From NCBI GenBank assembly GCA_049591935.1, contig JBAWFN010000069.1, positions 34,139 to 98,138 on the forward strand: 64,000 bases of DNA, written 5' to 3'. Positions 54,501 to 62,948 of this stretch are shown piece by piece. The notes under the pieces are model-generated. The model saw nothing but the letters and a program-made list of their open reading frames with translations. It did not search any database and had not been told where the DNA came from. Each line of letters begins with the position of its first letter. The stretch's first letter is position 1. The translations under genes and the position numbers were made by a program. This stretch comes from Terriglobales bacterium. GTDB lineage: Bacteria; Acidobacteriota; Terriglobia; Terriglobales; Acidobacteriaceae.

Positions 54501-54661
54501 GGCCATTGGGTGATGATTTCGACCTGTGGAGGCGACAAGTCGGGGTAGGCGTCCACCGGCATCCGCTGAAACGACAGGATTCCGCCGACCGTGATGAATG
54601 CGGTCAGCATCAGGACCAGGAACCGTTGCCGCAGCGCCGCTTGGACTATTCGGTGGATCAT
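51578..54661 (-). CDS. czcA: heavy-metal efflux RND pump, CzcA/CusA family
   Basis: 1027-aa, 12-TM RND layout. MIHRIVQAALRQRFLVLMLTAFI, AIDFGIVIDGTVVMIENI. Last gene of a C-B-A operon. Confidence 0.9.
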   Translation of the reverse strand: MIHRIVQAALRQRFLVLMLTAFITVGGILSFQRMPVDAYPDLSPPQVEIITQWPDHAAEEVERLVTLPLELEMNGVPHMVVMRSISLYGLSDLILTFEESTNDYFARQIVFERLAQATLPTGVTPSLAPLFSPSGLVYRYVLESPDRSPQELKTIEDWVIERAYRSVHGVADDSGFGGTVMQYQVLLDPARIYGYHLTIPQVVAALSANNSNAGGGFYSQGGQFYYVRGIGLVRNTDDIGNIVVGANKGVPIRVRDIGDVAIGHAPRLGEFGFQKNDDAVEGVILMLRGEQTQNVLKGVEAKTEELNRQILPPDVKIHPYYDRSELVALTTDTVEANLLRGMVLVLIVLIFFLVSFRAAVIVALTIPLSLLFAFIVLHAHDVAANLLSIGAIDFGIVIDGTVVMIENIYRELALREGQQYNLNQVILAAAKDVDRPIFYSVAVILAGYLPIYALTGASGKLFHPMAETMSFALVGALILTLTLIPVLASYWFKGGVREKPNRAFEWMKQKYAGQLDWALARPKATIAIAALIFGATLLLVPFIGGEFMPHLDEGALWVRATMPYTISFEEASSIAPQIRDILMAYPQVTVVGSELGRPDDGTDPTGFFNCEFYVGLKPYKDKAWTGDIREKKQLIESLNKKLSAFPGIIFNYTQPAEDAVDEALTGLKSSLAVKVYGDDLNVLQDRAIQIKNTLAKVPGFTDLTVVRELGQPSLLVDVDRDKIARYGINVADVEAVISAAVGGQAVTQVIQGEKLFDLVVRMQPQFRSSAHDIGNLLVGTPDGQQIPLSQLANIGQGNGASFIYRENNSRYIGVQYSIEGRDLERGVRDAQAAVKKAVTLPQGYRMEWGGEYSQFLEAKSQMYFIGPLAVVIIFMILFALYGNFKFPVTIALGVIMTEPVGALVALKLTHTPFSVSSVLGLLALLGVSVETAVILVSYINKLRQEGMGIRAATREASLLRLRPIMMTALVACLGLLPAALSTGIGSDTQRPFAIVIVAGLISRLFIGFFVNPVLYEMVAREGDVLQV

Positions 54662-54687
54662 TCGGTTGTGATGGAGACTATCTTTAC

Positions 54688-55851
54688 CTATCGCTGCAAC
54701 GAATTCGCGAACTGCAAGAACAAACTGCCATTTCCGATGACTCGGTCGCCCGCCTTCAGCCCGCTGGTAATCTCGGTTTGTCCATTCAAGCTTTCGCCCA
54801 GGGTCACGGACCGTCTGCCAAACTGGTTGGTAGAGGCCGCAGCATACACAAAAGGTTGGTTCTCACTATCGCGAAGGACAGCAGCATCCGGGAGGGCAAT
54901 GGCGTTGGGAATCGTGCCCGCGTTTACAACCGCCACTACGTACATGTCTTTTTTTAATTTATCTCCGGGATTGCTGGTCTCGATGCGCGCCTGCAGGGTA
55001 CGGGTATTTGAATCCAGCGAGGCGGCGACGTAAGAAATGCGCCCGTTGAAAGCGTCAGAGTAAGTATCCGTCTGAATGGCAACCGGATCTCCGACGTGCA
55101 CGTAAGGCAAGTCCTTCTGATAGACATTGACCAGCACCCAAACCGTGCTGATGTCGGAAATCATGAAGCACTGGGTGGTGCCGGGCTGAAGCAGTTGCCC
55201 GGCGGATACGTCCTGCTCGACCACCAAACCGCCGATGGGGGCCCTTACCGGCACTTCAAAAGATGGGGGAGCTTTTACCAGTGCGTCGGGATCAGTGATT
55301 CCCATGACTTTCAGTGCGGCTTGTGCCGCGACCAGGTCACCACCGGCCTGCACTTCGGCCGATTCTGCCTGCTCCAGGTTCTGTTCGGCAATGGCGTGAT
55401 GCTGGTACAAGTCTTGGGCGCGAGCGTAGGCCTTTTGGGCGAGGGCGTAAGCATCCTTGGCCTTTAGATAGTTGGTGCGGAGTTGCGAGTAGTCGGGACT
55501 GGCGACGTACAGCATGGGTTCGCCCTGATTTACTTTCTGTCCGGGAACGACGACGACCCGGCTGACCGGGCCGCTCACCTGCGTGATGACCGGGGTGGTG
55601 CGAAAACTGTTGTAAGCGACAGCCCCCGTCAACCGCAGAGATCGAGTCAACGTGGTGGGCTGAACGGTGAGTACCTGCACATGCGACATCTGATCCTGAG
55701 GGATGGTAAAGAGTTCTGGATTGTCCGAGGTTTTTGCGCTGCTCGAGTAGGCGGTCGATCCTGGCCCTTCGCAACCCGCGAGTGCTATCAGTACTGTCGA
55801 TAGGACGGCGAATGCAGCCGATCGCGCCCAGATGCTGCTTCCCACGTTCAT
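54688..55851 (-). CDS. czcB: RND efflux periplasmic adaptor (CzcB/HlyD family)
   Basis: 387-aa ORF. Lipoprotein-like N-terminus (LIALAGCEG), coiled-coil hairpin and beta-barrel blocks. 4-nt overlap with the upstream gene. Confidence 0.85.
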   Translation of the reverse strand: MNVGSSIWARSAAFAVLSTVLIALAGCEGPGSTAYSSSAKTSDNPELFTIPQDQMSHVQVLTVQPTTLTRSLRLTGAVAYNSFRTTPVITQVSGPVSRVVVVPGQKVNQGEPMLYVASPDYSQLRTNYLKAKDAYALAQKAYARAQDLYQHHAIAEQNLEQAESAEVQAGGDLVAAQAALKVMGITDPDALVKAPPSFEVPVRAPIGGLVVEQDVSAGQLLQPGTTQCFMISDISTVWVLVNVYQKDLPYVHVGDPVAIQTDTYSDAFNGRISYVAASLDSNTRTLQARIETSNPGDKLKKDMYVVAVVNAGTIPNAIALPDAAVLRDSENQPFVYAAASTNQFGRRSVTLGESLNGQTEITSGLKAGDRVIGNGSLFLQFANSLQR

Positions 55852-57119
55852 GGCAGGTTCCTCGTTCCCACGGCTTCCTTCAACTGCTCGAGTGCGGTCA
55901 TATAAGAGGCCAGGGCCTGGCGATAGGCCAACTGAACGGCGCGGTAGCTGCGCTCGGCGTCGAGAAAATCCAACAAGCTGGCGGCGCCGCGCTTATAGGC
56001 ATACTCACTGATATCCCGCGAATCCTGCGCCTGCTGGAGGTAACCGGAAGCATAGAGTTGCACCACTTCATCGTTGCTCCTGACGGCTTCATAAGCATTG
56101 GCAACATCGGAAAGAACCGTGTCACTGGCCGCTTGCTGCTGCTGCTGTGCCTGGGTAAGCGCGTAACCGGTGCGGGCGATTTCTCCTTGATTGCGGTTGA
56201 AAATCGGCAGCTCAAAATTCACGAAGATCGAAGCCGTGTTCTCCCCGGACACATGGGTAAAGTCGTAGGTGCCATTGACGTCCACCTTGGCGTTGGCTTT
56301 GGCCAGGAGGATCTGGCTCTGGGCCGCAGTGATCCCGAGTTCCGCGGCACGGAAGTCGGGGCGCTCGATCAACGCTTTGGTCTGGAAATCCTCCAGATTC
56401 CCCTTGAGCGACTGGTACGCCAGATCGCCAACCACGTCATAGTCGGCCGGCACCGCGTTATAGCCCAGAGTCTGACGCAGGCTGACCAGCGCCTGCACTT
56501 TCGCCAGACGCGCAGAGGACACGTCGGTCTGGAACTGCAAGAGCTGCAGCTTTATCTTAAGATAATCGCCTTCACCGATGTATCCTGCCTTGAATTGTGC
56601 CTCGCCAATATCGACCGTCTGCTGAAAGCTCTTGAGATCCTGGAGTGCGAACTGAAGGGTCGATTCCGCCAACAAAACGCTGACGAACTGCTGGCCCACG
56701 TTGAACGCCAGAGTTCGTTCCGCATCGGTGACCTGGGCACGCTGGACGGCAGTTTGATCGCGAGCTGCCTGCAGGCGCCGCTGACGTTTGCGACCACGTT
56801 CGAAGAGGTATCCGATGCCGATGTCGAACTGTTGGGTCTGATTCAGATTCGTCCCGGAGAAATCTTGCGGACTAAAAAATGGGACGAACTGGGAATCGGC
56901 TCCCAGAGTCGGATTGGGGCGCAGGTTGGCGGTAATTTCCTGGGCTTGATTTTGAAGAATCAGAGTTCGCGTAGCTTGGATGGAATGGTTGTGCGCCAGT
57001 GCCAGATTAATGGCCTGGTCAAGAGTGATCAGCGTGGCATTTTGTGCAGCACCTGTGCCCAATAATGGCAGGAGAAACATCGCAGCCGCGGCGAACCTCC
57101 GAAAGTGCTGGCAGCGCAT
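55848..57119 (-). CDS. czcC: TolC-family outer-membrane efflux protein (CzcC-like)
   Basis: Start taken at MRCQHFRRFAAAAMFLLPLLGTGAAQ (complement of 57117-57119). Two-repeat TolC architecture. Confidence 0.8.
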   Translation of the reverse strand: MRCQHFRRFAAAAMFLLPLLGTGAAQNATLITLDQAINLALAHNHSIQATRTLILQNQAQEITANLRPNPTLGADSQFVPFFSPQDFSGTNLNQTQQFDIGIGYLFERGRKRQRRLQAARDQTAVQRAQVTDAERTLAFNVGQQFVSVLLAESTLQFALQDLKSFQQTVDIGEAQFKAGYIGEGDYLKIKLQLLQFQTDVSSARLAKVQALVSLRQTLGYNAVPADYDVVGDLAYQSLKGNLEDFQTKALIERPDFRAAELGITAAQSQILLAKANAKVDVNGTYDFTHVSGENTASIFVNFELPIFNRNQGEIARTGYALTQAQQQQQAASDTVLSDVANAYEAVRSNDEVVQLYASGYLQQAQDSRDISEYAYKRGAASLLDFLDAERSYRAVQLAYRQALASYMTALEQLKEAVGTRNLP

Positions 57120-57426
57120 AAGGGTTGAGATCAAAGCGCACTGACCTTGCCGCAACAGATCTCGCAAGAATGCTCGAACCTAACTGAGCACACGCCAAGC
57201 TCCGTCGTCCGAATCAACCTCCTGTATCTAAGACTGCGACTAGGGCTTAATGGATGTATTGTAATTCACGGCATTGCGAGCGCGCCTTACTTGTGGGGTT
57301 CTCCCGGAGGTACCCTTAATCGGGTACGGCGGCTTGCAGAGCTTCTTTCGCGTACGTCTTCCAGTGTCTTGTCGGTCCTTTCCTATGGTTTACAATTATG
57401 TGGTTCAAGCACTCATAGGAGGATTT

Positions 57427-58434
57427 ATGAAACTTACCCCGGGAAAGCTGGCTGGACTCAAGCGGGTTTCGAACGATCGCGGCGTGATTGCCGCTGCGGC
57501 CATGGATCAGCGCGGCTCACTGCAAAAGTCGCTGGCAAAGGAAAAAGGCAGCGAAGTCAGCGACGCCATGATGGAAGAGTTCAAATCGCTGGTCACCGAA
57601 GTGCTAACTCCCCACGCCAGCGCCATTCTGCTGGACCCCGAGTGGGGGCTGCCGGCCTCCAAGCGGCGCGCCAAGAACGCCGGCCTGCTGCTGGCTTACG
57701 AAAAAACCGGATACGACAAGACCGGCCCCGGCCGGTTAGGCGACTTGCTGGATCACTGGTCCGCCAGGCGCTTGAAGGAAGCCGGCGCGGACTGCGTGAA
57801 GATTCTGCTCTACTACACGCCGTTCGATCCCAAGGATGTGAACGATAAAAAGCACGCCTGGGTGGAGCGCATTGGCGACGAGTGCCGCGCCAACGACATT
57901 CCTTATTTCCTAGAGTTCGTGGGCTACGAAGAGGGAGCGGACGAGAAAGGCTTCGAATACGCCAAAAAGAAGCCGGAAATCGTGATCGAGAGCATGCGCG
58001 AGTTCAGCAAAGACCGCTATGGCGTCGACGTGCTCAAGGTGGAAGTGCCGGTAAACATGAAGTTTGTAGAAGGTGCGAAGGTTTATGCGGGACAGAAAGC
58101 CTACAGCAGGAAAGAAGCCGCTGACCTGTTTCTGAAGGCGGCGAAAGTTGCCACCAAGCCGTTCATCTATCTATCCGCGGGCGTCAGCAACGCCGAGTTT
58201 ACCGAGGCGCTGGAACTGGCGGCGGAGTCGGGTGTCAAGTTTAACGGCGTACTCTGCGGGCGCGCGACTTGGAAAGATGGTATCCCGATTTACGCCAAGC
58301 AGGGCGCCGAGGCTTTCCGCAAATGGCTGCAGAGCGAAGGGGTGAAGAACATCAACAACGTGAATGATCGATTGAAGGCTGCAACTTCGTGGCACTCGAT
58401 CTATTCCGTGGAACCGGCCCTGGCGAACGCTTAA
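57427..58434 (+). CDS. lacD: tagatose-1,6-bisphosphate aldolase (class I, LacD family)
   Basis: Start at ATG 57427 after AGGAGG. Near-colinear match to staphylococcal LacD: DQRGSL, ILLDPEWGLPAS, GLLLAYEKTGYD, VDVLKVEVPVNMKFVEG, FIYLSAGVS, KFNGVLCGRATW. Confidence 0.85.
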   Translation: MKLTPGKLAGLKRVSNDRGVIAAAAMDQRGSLQKSLAKEKGSEVSDAMMEEFKSLVTEVLTPHASAILLDPEWGLPASKRRAKNAGLLLAYEKTGYDKTGPGRLGDLLDHWSARRLKEAGADCVKILLYYTPFDPKDVNDKKHAWVERIGDECRANDIPYFLEFVGYEEGADEKGFEYAKKKPEIVIESMREFSKDRYGVDVLKVEVPVNMKFVEGAKVYAGQKAYSRKEAADLFLKAAKVATKPFIYLSAGVSNAEFTEALELAAESGVKFNGVLCGRATWKDGIPIYAKQGAEAFRKWLQSEGVKNINNVNDRLKAATSWHSIYSVEPALANA

Positions 58435-58469
58435 GGCATTGGAGAAGTTAGATTGCAGAATGTAGAAGT

Positions 58470-58498
58470 GGCGAGGCGAGTCCTCGCCTTTTTCTTTT
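58470..58498 (+). terminator. rho-independent terminator of lacD
   Basis: GGCGAGG-CGAGT-CCTCGCC followed by TTTTTCTTTT. Confidence 0.65.
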
Positions 58499-58499
58499 C

Positions 58500-58524
58500 C
58501 TCTGTGTTCTCTGTGACCTCTGTG
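58500..58524 (-). repeat. phased heptamer element, three CACAGAG units 9 nt apart (minus-strand reading)
   Basis: CTCTGTG at 58500, 58509 and 58518 on the plus strand. Abuts the lacD terminator. Related in design to 44948-44985 and 48672-48709. Confidence 0.45.
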
Positions 58525-58557
58525 GTTTAGACTTTTCTCTGCGCCCACGAAAACAGG

Positions 58558-59349
58558 ATGACACCCCCCACCAAGACCGCCCTCATCACCGGTGGCTCCG
58601 ACGGCATTGGATATGAATTGGCAAAGCTGTTTGCCAACGATCACCACAACCTGGTCCTGGTCGCGCGCAACGTCGACAAACTCGCGCGAGTCGCGGATGA
58701 ATTGCAGCGGCAGTTTGGGATTTCCGCCAAAGCGATTCCGCTTGATTTAACCGCCAGCCCAGCGCCGCAATTCTTGTTCGACCAACTGCAGCGGGAAGGG
58801 GTCGCGATCGACATTCTGGTGAACAACGCCGGGTACGGCGTCTTCGGTGAGTTCGAGAAGATCCCTTTGGAACAGGCGTTGGGTCAGATTCAGCTGAACG
58901 TGGCTGCGCTCACTCAGCTGACCAAGCTCTTTCTTGGTCCCATGCTGGAGCGGCGTTCGGGCAAGATTCTGAACGTGGCTTCGACCGCAGGATTCCAACC
59001 AGGCCCCCTCATGGCGGTTTACTACGCGACCAAAGCGTATGTGATTTCTTTTTCCGAAGCGCTGGCCAATGAATTAAAAGAGACAGACGTAACCGTGACT
59101 TGCCTGTGTCCAGGCGCGACGGACACCGGATTCCAGGGACGCGCCGGAACTGAGAAGACGATTCTCTTCAAGAAACTTCGCCCCATGGATGCCAAGACCG
59201 TGGCTCGCGACGGCTATCGCGGGGTGATGGCCGGCAAGACGCTGGTCATTTCCGGCTTCCGCAACTGGTTGCTGGCGGAGTCGTTGCGGATCAGCCCGCG
59301 TAAGCTGGTGACGGCGGTGTCACGGAAGCTGCTGGAAAAGGCAGAATGA
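58558..59349 (+). CDS. short-chain dehydrogenase/reductase
   Basis: 263-aa ORF. ALITGGSDGIGYE, NNAG, catalytic YYATKAY. Confidence 0.85.
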   Translation: MTPPTKTALITGGSDGIGYELAKLFANDHHNLVLVARNVDKLARVADELQRQFGISAKAIPLDLTASPAPQFLFDQLQREGVAIDILVNNAGYGVFGEFEKIPLEQALGQIQLNVAALTQLTKLFLGPMLERRSGKILNVASTAGFQPGPLMAVYYATKAYVISFSEALANELKETDVTVTCLCPGATDTGFQGRAGTEKTILFKKLRPMDAKTVARDGYRGVMAGKTLVISGFRNWLLAESLRISPRKLVTAVSRKLLEKAE

Positions 59350-59553
59350 GCGGGAAGATTCACTGGGAGGGCAATCTTGAAGCCCGCACGAGCCGATTCC
59401 AAGAATGAGCTTTTGCCGACCTGCGCCCCGGGCACTCCGAATGCTACCCCGATTACCTTGGTTACATTGGCATAGACTGGAAGTCGGCTAAAGTTGGGGT
59501 GGAGCGCTAGAAGTCTGGATGCGCCCGAATTCGAAATTACCGCCAACATTGCC

Positions 59554-60363
59554 ATGCAAGACCTTAACAGCCAAGACCTGCAAAGCCTCCGGAAAGACAT
59601 TGATTCGGTTACCGGCCGATTCTCACATCTGCTTTCCATCACGATTTTGGTCATGCTGGCGCTGGCTGGCGGCATTGTGCTCCGGGTGCTGCCCAAGCTG
59701 AGGAACCTCGAAAGCACGGAGTTCGAGCATCACAACATCCCACAATTGCTGGGCGGCCTGTTGCTGCTGATCGGGTTGCTGAGTTTGTATGTTCTGGACC
59801 AGCGGCGTCGCCTGAAGAGAACCCAGAAGCAACTGATCGAGGCGTTGATTCGCCGCGAGACGGCGGAGCGGCTGGCGGTGATCGATCCGCTCACCGAGCT
59901 CTACAACCGGCGGTACATGGCACAGGCAATTGCCCGAGAAGCGGCCCGGGCGGACCGTCAGGATTCCCGGCTGGCCTTCCTGATGATTGATGTCAACGGT
60001 TTCAAGCAAGTGAACGATTCCTTCGGGCACATGATGGGCGACCGCATTCTGCAGGAAGTGGCCGCGTTGCTGCAAAAGACATTTCGAAGCTCGGATGTAA
60101 TCAGCCGCTACGGCGGCGACGAGTTTCTGGTGCTGCTGGTTGATGTCGATCATGAGAAAGCCGTCTATGCGGTCAAGCGCCTGCAGCATGAGGTCGAAAG
60201 GTGGAATTGCGGGAGCCCGATCGAAGGTTACAAAATGGCGCTGAGCTGTGGCACCGCGCTTTGCGAGTGCGGAGTGGACCCGAATGGCGCCCTGGTTGCC
60301 GCGGACCAGGCCATGTATCAGGCCAAACACGGAGCTTTTCTCACCGCCAGTCAGGCCAATTGA
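59554..60363 (+). CDS. diguanylate cyclase (membrane-anchored GGDEF protein with I-site)
   Basis: IDPLTELYNRRY, FLMIDVNGFKQVNDSFGHMMGD, RSSD-x5-GGDEF (RxxD I-site). Two TM segments are N-terminal. The track start (TTG 59494) is an alternative. Confidence 0.85.
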   Translation: MQDLNSQDLQSLRKDIDSVTGRFSHLLSITILVMLALAGGIVLRVLPKLRNLESTEFEHHNIPQLLGGLLLLIGLLSLYVLDQRRRLKRTQKQLIEALIRRETAERLAVIDPLTELYNRRYMAQAIAREAARADRQDSRLAFLMIDVNGFKQVNDSFGHMMGDRILQEVAALLQKTFRSSDVISRYGGDEFLVLLVDVDHEKAVYAVKRLQHEVERWNCGSPIEGYKMALSCGTALCECGVDPNGALVAADQAMYQAKHGAFLTASQAN

Positions 60364-60388
60364 AGTTTCGACCTGCCGCCGCCACGCG

Positions 60389-62305
60389 TCACTCCAGCGA
60401 GAGAATCAAAACCGAGTAATCACCCACGGGAACGATCGCGCTGTAGGGCTGCCCGGCGTAGGGGATGTTGACTGCCGTTACCGGCCCAGTTGGGCCGACA
60501 TTGCCGAAGTCGCTGCTGTAAGCTGTACTGTCGCTGTTGAACAGGACCTGCCAGCTTCCGCCGTAGGGCAATCCGATCTGATAGCCGTTAAAGACCGCGC
60601 CGCTGAGGTTGGCGACGACGATTACGTCGTCGCTTCCGGGCGCGGATTGGTTATAGCGGTCGTAAACCAGCATGTCGTTGGTCTTGTCCTGCTGGTAGAT
60701 ATTCAAGTCGGGATCAACCAGGCCGGGTGACGTTCCTCCGGCGTTGGTACGGAGATTTACCAGGTTGCCATAGAGCTGCACAATTCCTGCCCAGGTGACG
60801 GCGTTCGTCCAATTCAGCGTGGTCTTGTTATCCAGCCAACTGGGGTCGAGAAATTCGTCTCCTTGAAAAATCATTGGAATTTCGGGAGAAGTGAACAAGA
60901 TGCTCCCGCCCAGTGCGGCTTTCTTGCGGGCAGTGCGGCTGGTAGGATTTTGCGGATCGACTAACTGATAGAGCCGTGAATTCGCCGTGGTGAGTTCGTT
61001 GTGCGACTCGATATAGGCGACGCTCTCTAAATAAACATTGTTGAACGTGGAAGTCATTCCGGAGACTACGTCGGTCAGGCTGATGGGATGGGTGGAAGGG
61101 AAGTCCTTGCGCACGAAGTAAGAGAGCGTGGCATTCCACTGCGAGTCGAAGCCGAGTCCGCCGCTCTGCACCGGGAACGTGTCCAAGGATTGTTTCTTAC
61201 TGAAAGAGAGATCTTCCGCGATCTTGAAAGTCTGCGGCCAGGTAGTGTTCGCTTCCCGCAGCAGGCTGATTCCATCGGGCAGGGAAACTCCCGGCTGGCC
61301 GGTGTGGGGATCGTTGCCGACGCCGCCACTCCAGGCGTTGTAGATGTTCGAGACCGAGTCCCAGCGCAGGCCATCGGCATGATACTCGTTGAACCACATC
61401 GCGATCTGACCGGAGATGTAATCTTTCACGACGGGATACGAGTAGTCAGGACGCGGGCCCCAAGGCGAATCGTAGCGATCGGTTGCGGCGGCGTCATCAT
61501 AGAAATAGATTCCGCCGAGATAGGTTGAAGTGTGCCAGCCGTCGAATTCGTAGTCCGCGAGATCAAACGGCCCCCAATGATTGTGGACGACGTCGAGAAT
61601 GACGGCCAGGCCTTGTTGATGACATGCGTCAACAAATGCCTTCAAGTTATCGGGGCCGCCGTACTCGTCGTTGTCGACGGCATATTGGTCGGTAGGGCCG
61701 TAGGGGTTGCCATAAACCCGCTCGAACTGGGTGACGGGAAGCAGTTCGACGGCGGTGAATCCCATGCTGCTGATGTGATTGAGCTGGGCCATCGCGGATT
61801 GAAACGTTCCCCAGCCGGACGGCCCGGCGTTGAACTGGCCGGTGTCCATTTCATAGATTACGAGCTTGCCTAGCGGCGCCGGCGTGAAGTTCTGGTCCTG
61901 CCAGGCATACGCAGTGGGGTCGTAGGTGAGGGCGTGGCCGTTATTGGCCGAGGTGACCATGCGGGCATTGGGATCGCGGCGGGTAACCGTGCCAAAATTC
62001 GCCGTGGTGATTACGTAGTCATAACGTTGGTTGACGTTTACGCCGGGGACGTCCTTGCACCAGTAGCCGGTGGCGCCTTGCTCGACCAGCGGCTCGGAAT
62101 GGCCAGAAAAAGGATCCTTCACGCTAACCGCAGTGGCATGCGGAGCCCAGACACGAAATGAAACGCCTTGATAAGGTCCGCCGGGAGGGTAGGGAATGGA
62201 GCCTACATTGTTGCCGGCGTGAGGACACTGAGCGACGGAGAAAGGACAGAGCGAGAGAAACGCGCTAACAAGCGCAGCAACGCTGATTCCGTATCGGCGG
62301 AGCAT
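60389..62305 (-). CDS. secreted GH13 alpha-amylase-family enzyme with an N-terminal CBM48/E-set-like domain
   Basis: 638-aa ORF. Signal peptide. VSFRVWAP, GFTAVELLPV, VILDVVHNHWGP, ADGLRWDSV. Specificity (branching, debranching or TreZ-like) cannot be assigned. Confidence 0.85.
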   Translation of the reverse strand: MLRRYGISVAALVSAFLSLCPFSVAQCPHAGNNVGSIPYPPGGPYQGVSFRVWAPHATAVSVKDPFSGHSEPLVEQGATGYWCKDVPGVNVNQRYDYVITTANFGTVTRRDPNARMVTSANNGHALTYDPTAYAWQDQNFTPAPLGKLVIYEMDTGQFNAGPSGWGTFQSAMAQLNHISSMGFTAVELLPVTQFERVYGNPYGPTDQYAVDNDEYGGPDNLKAFVDACHQQGLAVILDVVHNHWGPFDLADYEFDGWHTSTYLGGIYFYDDAAATDRYDSPWGPRPDYSYPVVKDYISGQIAMWFNEYHADGLRWDSVSNIYNAWSGGVGNDPHTGQPGVSLPDGISLLREANTTWPQTFKIAEDLSFSKKQSLDTFPVQSGGLGFDSQWNATLSYFVRKDFPSTHPISLTDVVSGMTSTFNNVYLESVAYIESHNELTTANSRLYQLVDPQNPTSRTARKKAALGGSILFTSPEIPMIFQGDEFLDPSWLDNKTTLNWTNAVTWAGIVQLYGNLVNLRTNAGGTSPGLVDPDLNIYQQDKTNDMLVYDRYNQSAPGSDDVIVVANLSGAVFNGYQIGLPYGGSWQVLFNSDSTAYSSDFGNVGPTGPVTAVNIPYAGQPYSAIVPVGDYSVLILSLE

Positions 62306-62461
62306 AGTTGGATGAGAAAGTTCGCAGGGGAGGGCGAACGGGGAGATTGTACATCGGTCGCGGGGAGGGGTGAAGAGTCCTTTGACTTACAAACTCGGGT
62401 GAGATGGAGACCGGGTGAGCATCGCCCGCCGCCACTGACAGAACGGCGGGCGATCAGAAAG

Positions 62462-62815
62462 CTAGGAATGCCGTGCGTCGCGGCGGACCAGGGCAGAGTC
62501 GAGGAAAAAACCCAGGCCAATGGTGAAGGGAATGACGCCAAATGTGCCGGCCACCCAAGCGTCGGGTTCCATGCGGCCGATGAGCGCGAAAGTAAGTATG
62601 TAGCCAAGCGCTCCGGCCACCAGCAGAATTCCGGAGCGGCGCGAATTCGCTGCCGGGGAAAGCTCCTGCTGCATGGGGACATCGACGCCGCGGGCAATCG
62701 CCGCCAGGCGTTCCTGGGAGCGCAGTTTGCGCACGGAATAATAGGTGAACATTCCGGCGATGGGAATGCCGAAAATCATGATCACGGCCACCAAGCCAAT
62801 CATTTCTCCATCCAT
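62462..62815 (-). CDS. small hypothetical membrane protein (about four TM segments)
   Basis: 117-aa ORF MDGEMIGLVAVIMIFGIPIAGMF...ILLVAGALGYILTFALI...FGVIPFTIGLGFFL. No family named. Confidence 0.5.
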   Translation of the reverse strand: MDGEMIGLVAVIMIFGIPIAGMFTYYSVRKLRSQERLAAIARGVDVPMQQELSPAANSRRSGILLVAGALGYILTFALIGRMEPDAWVAGTFGVIPFTIGLGFFLDSALVRRDARHS

Positions 62816-62948
62816 ATAGAATCTCCTTGTTTGTTGGGCACGCGAGGCGTGCGAATGACGGCTGAAGCCGTCGCCGGTGATAGTTACGGAGGCGCAAAAA
62901 GGAAAGTTCCGTGAAAATTGGTCCCGGTAGGTGTTACCATCCCGCGTT

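Noticed and set aside
55734-57065. 443-aa plus-strand ORF
   Set aside because: It is antisense to the TolC/CzcC-like gene. The long open frame is a consequence of GC-rich codon bias.
57168-57426. Possible riboswitch or leader upstream of lacD (small GTACCC-TTAATC-GGGTAC hairpin)
   Set aside because: There is only a 6-bp stem, and no resemblance to any riboswitch class I can recall. The evidence is insufficient.
59623-60330. 235-aa minus-strand ORF
   Set aside because: It is antisense to the GGDEF gene, which has unambiguous motifs.
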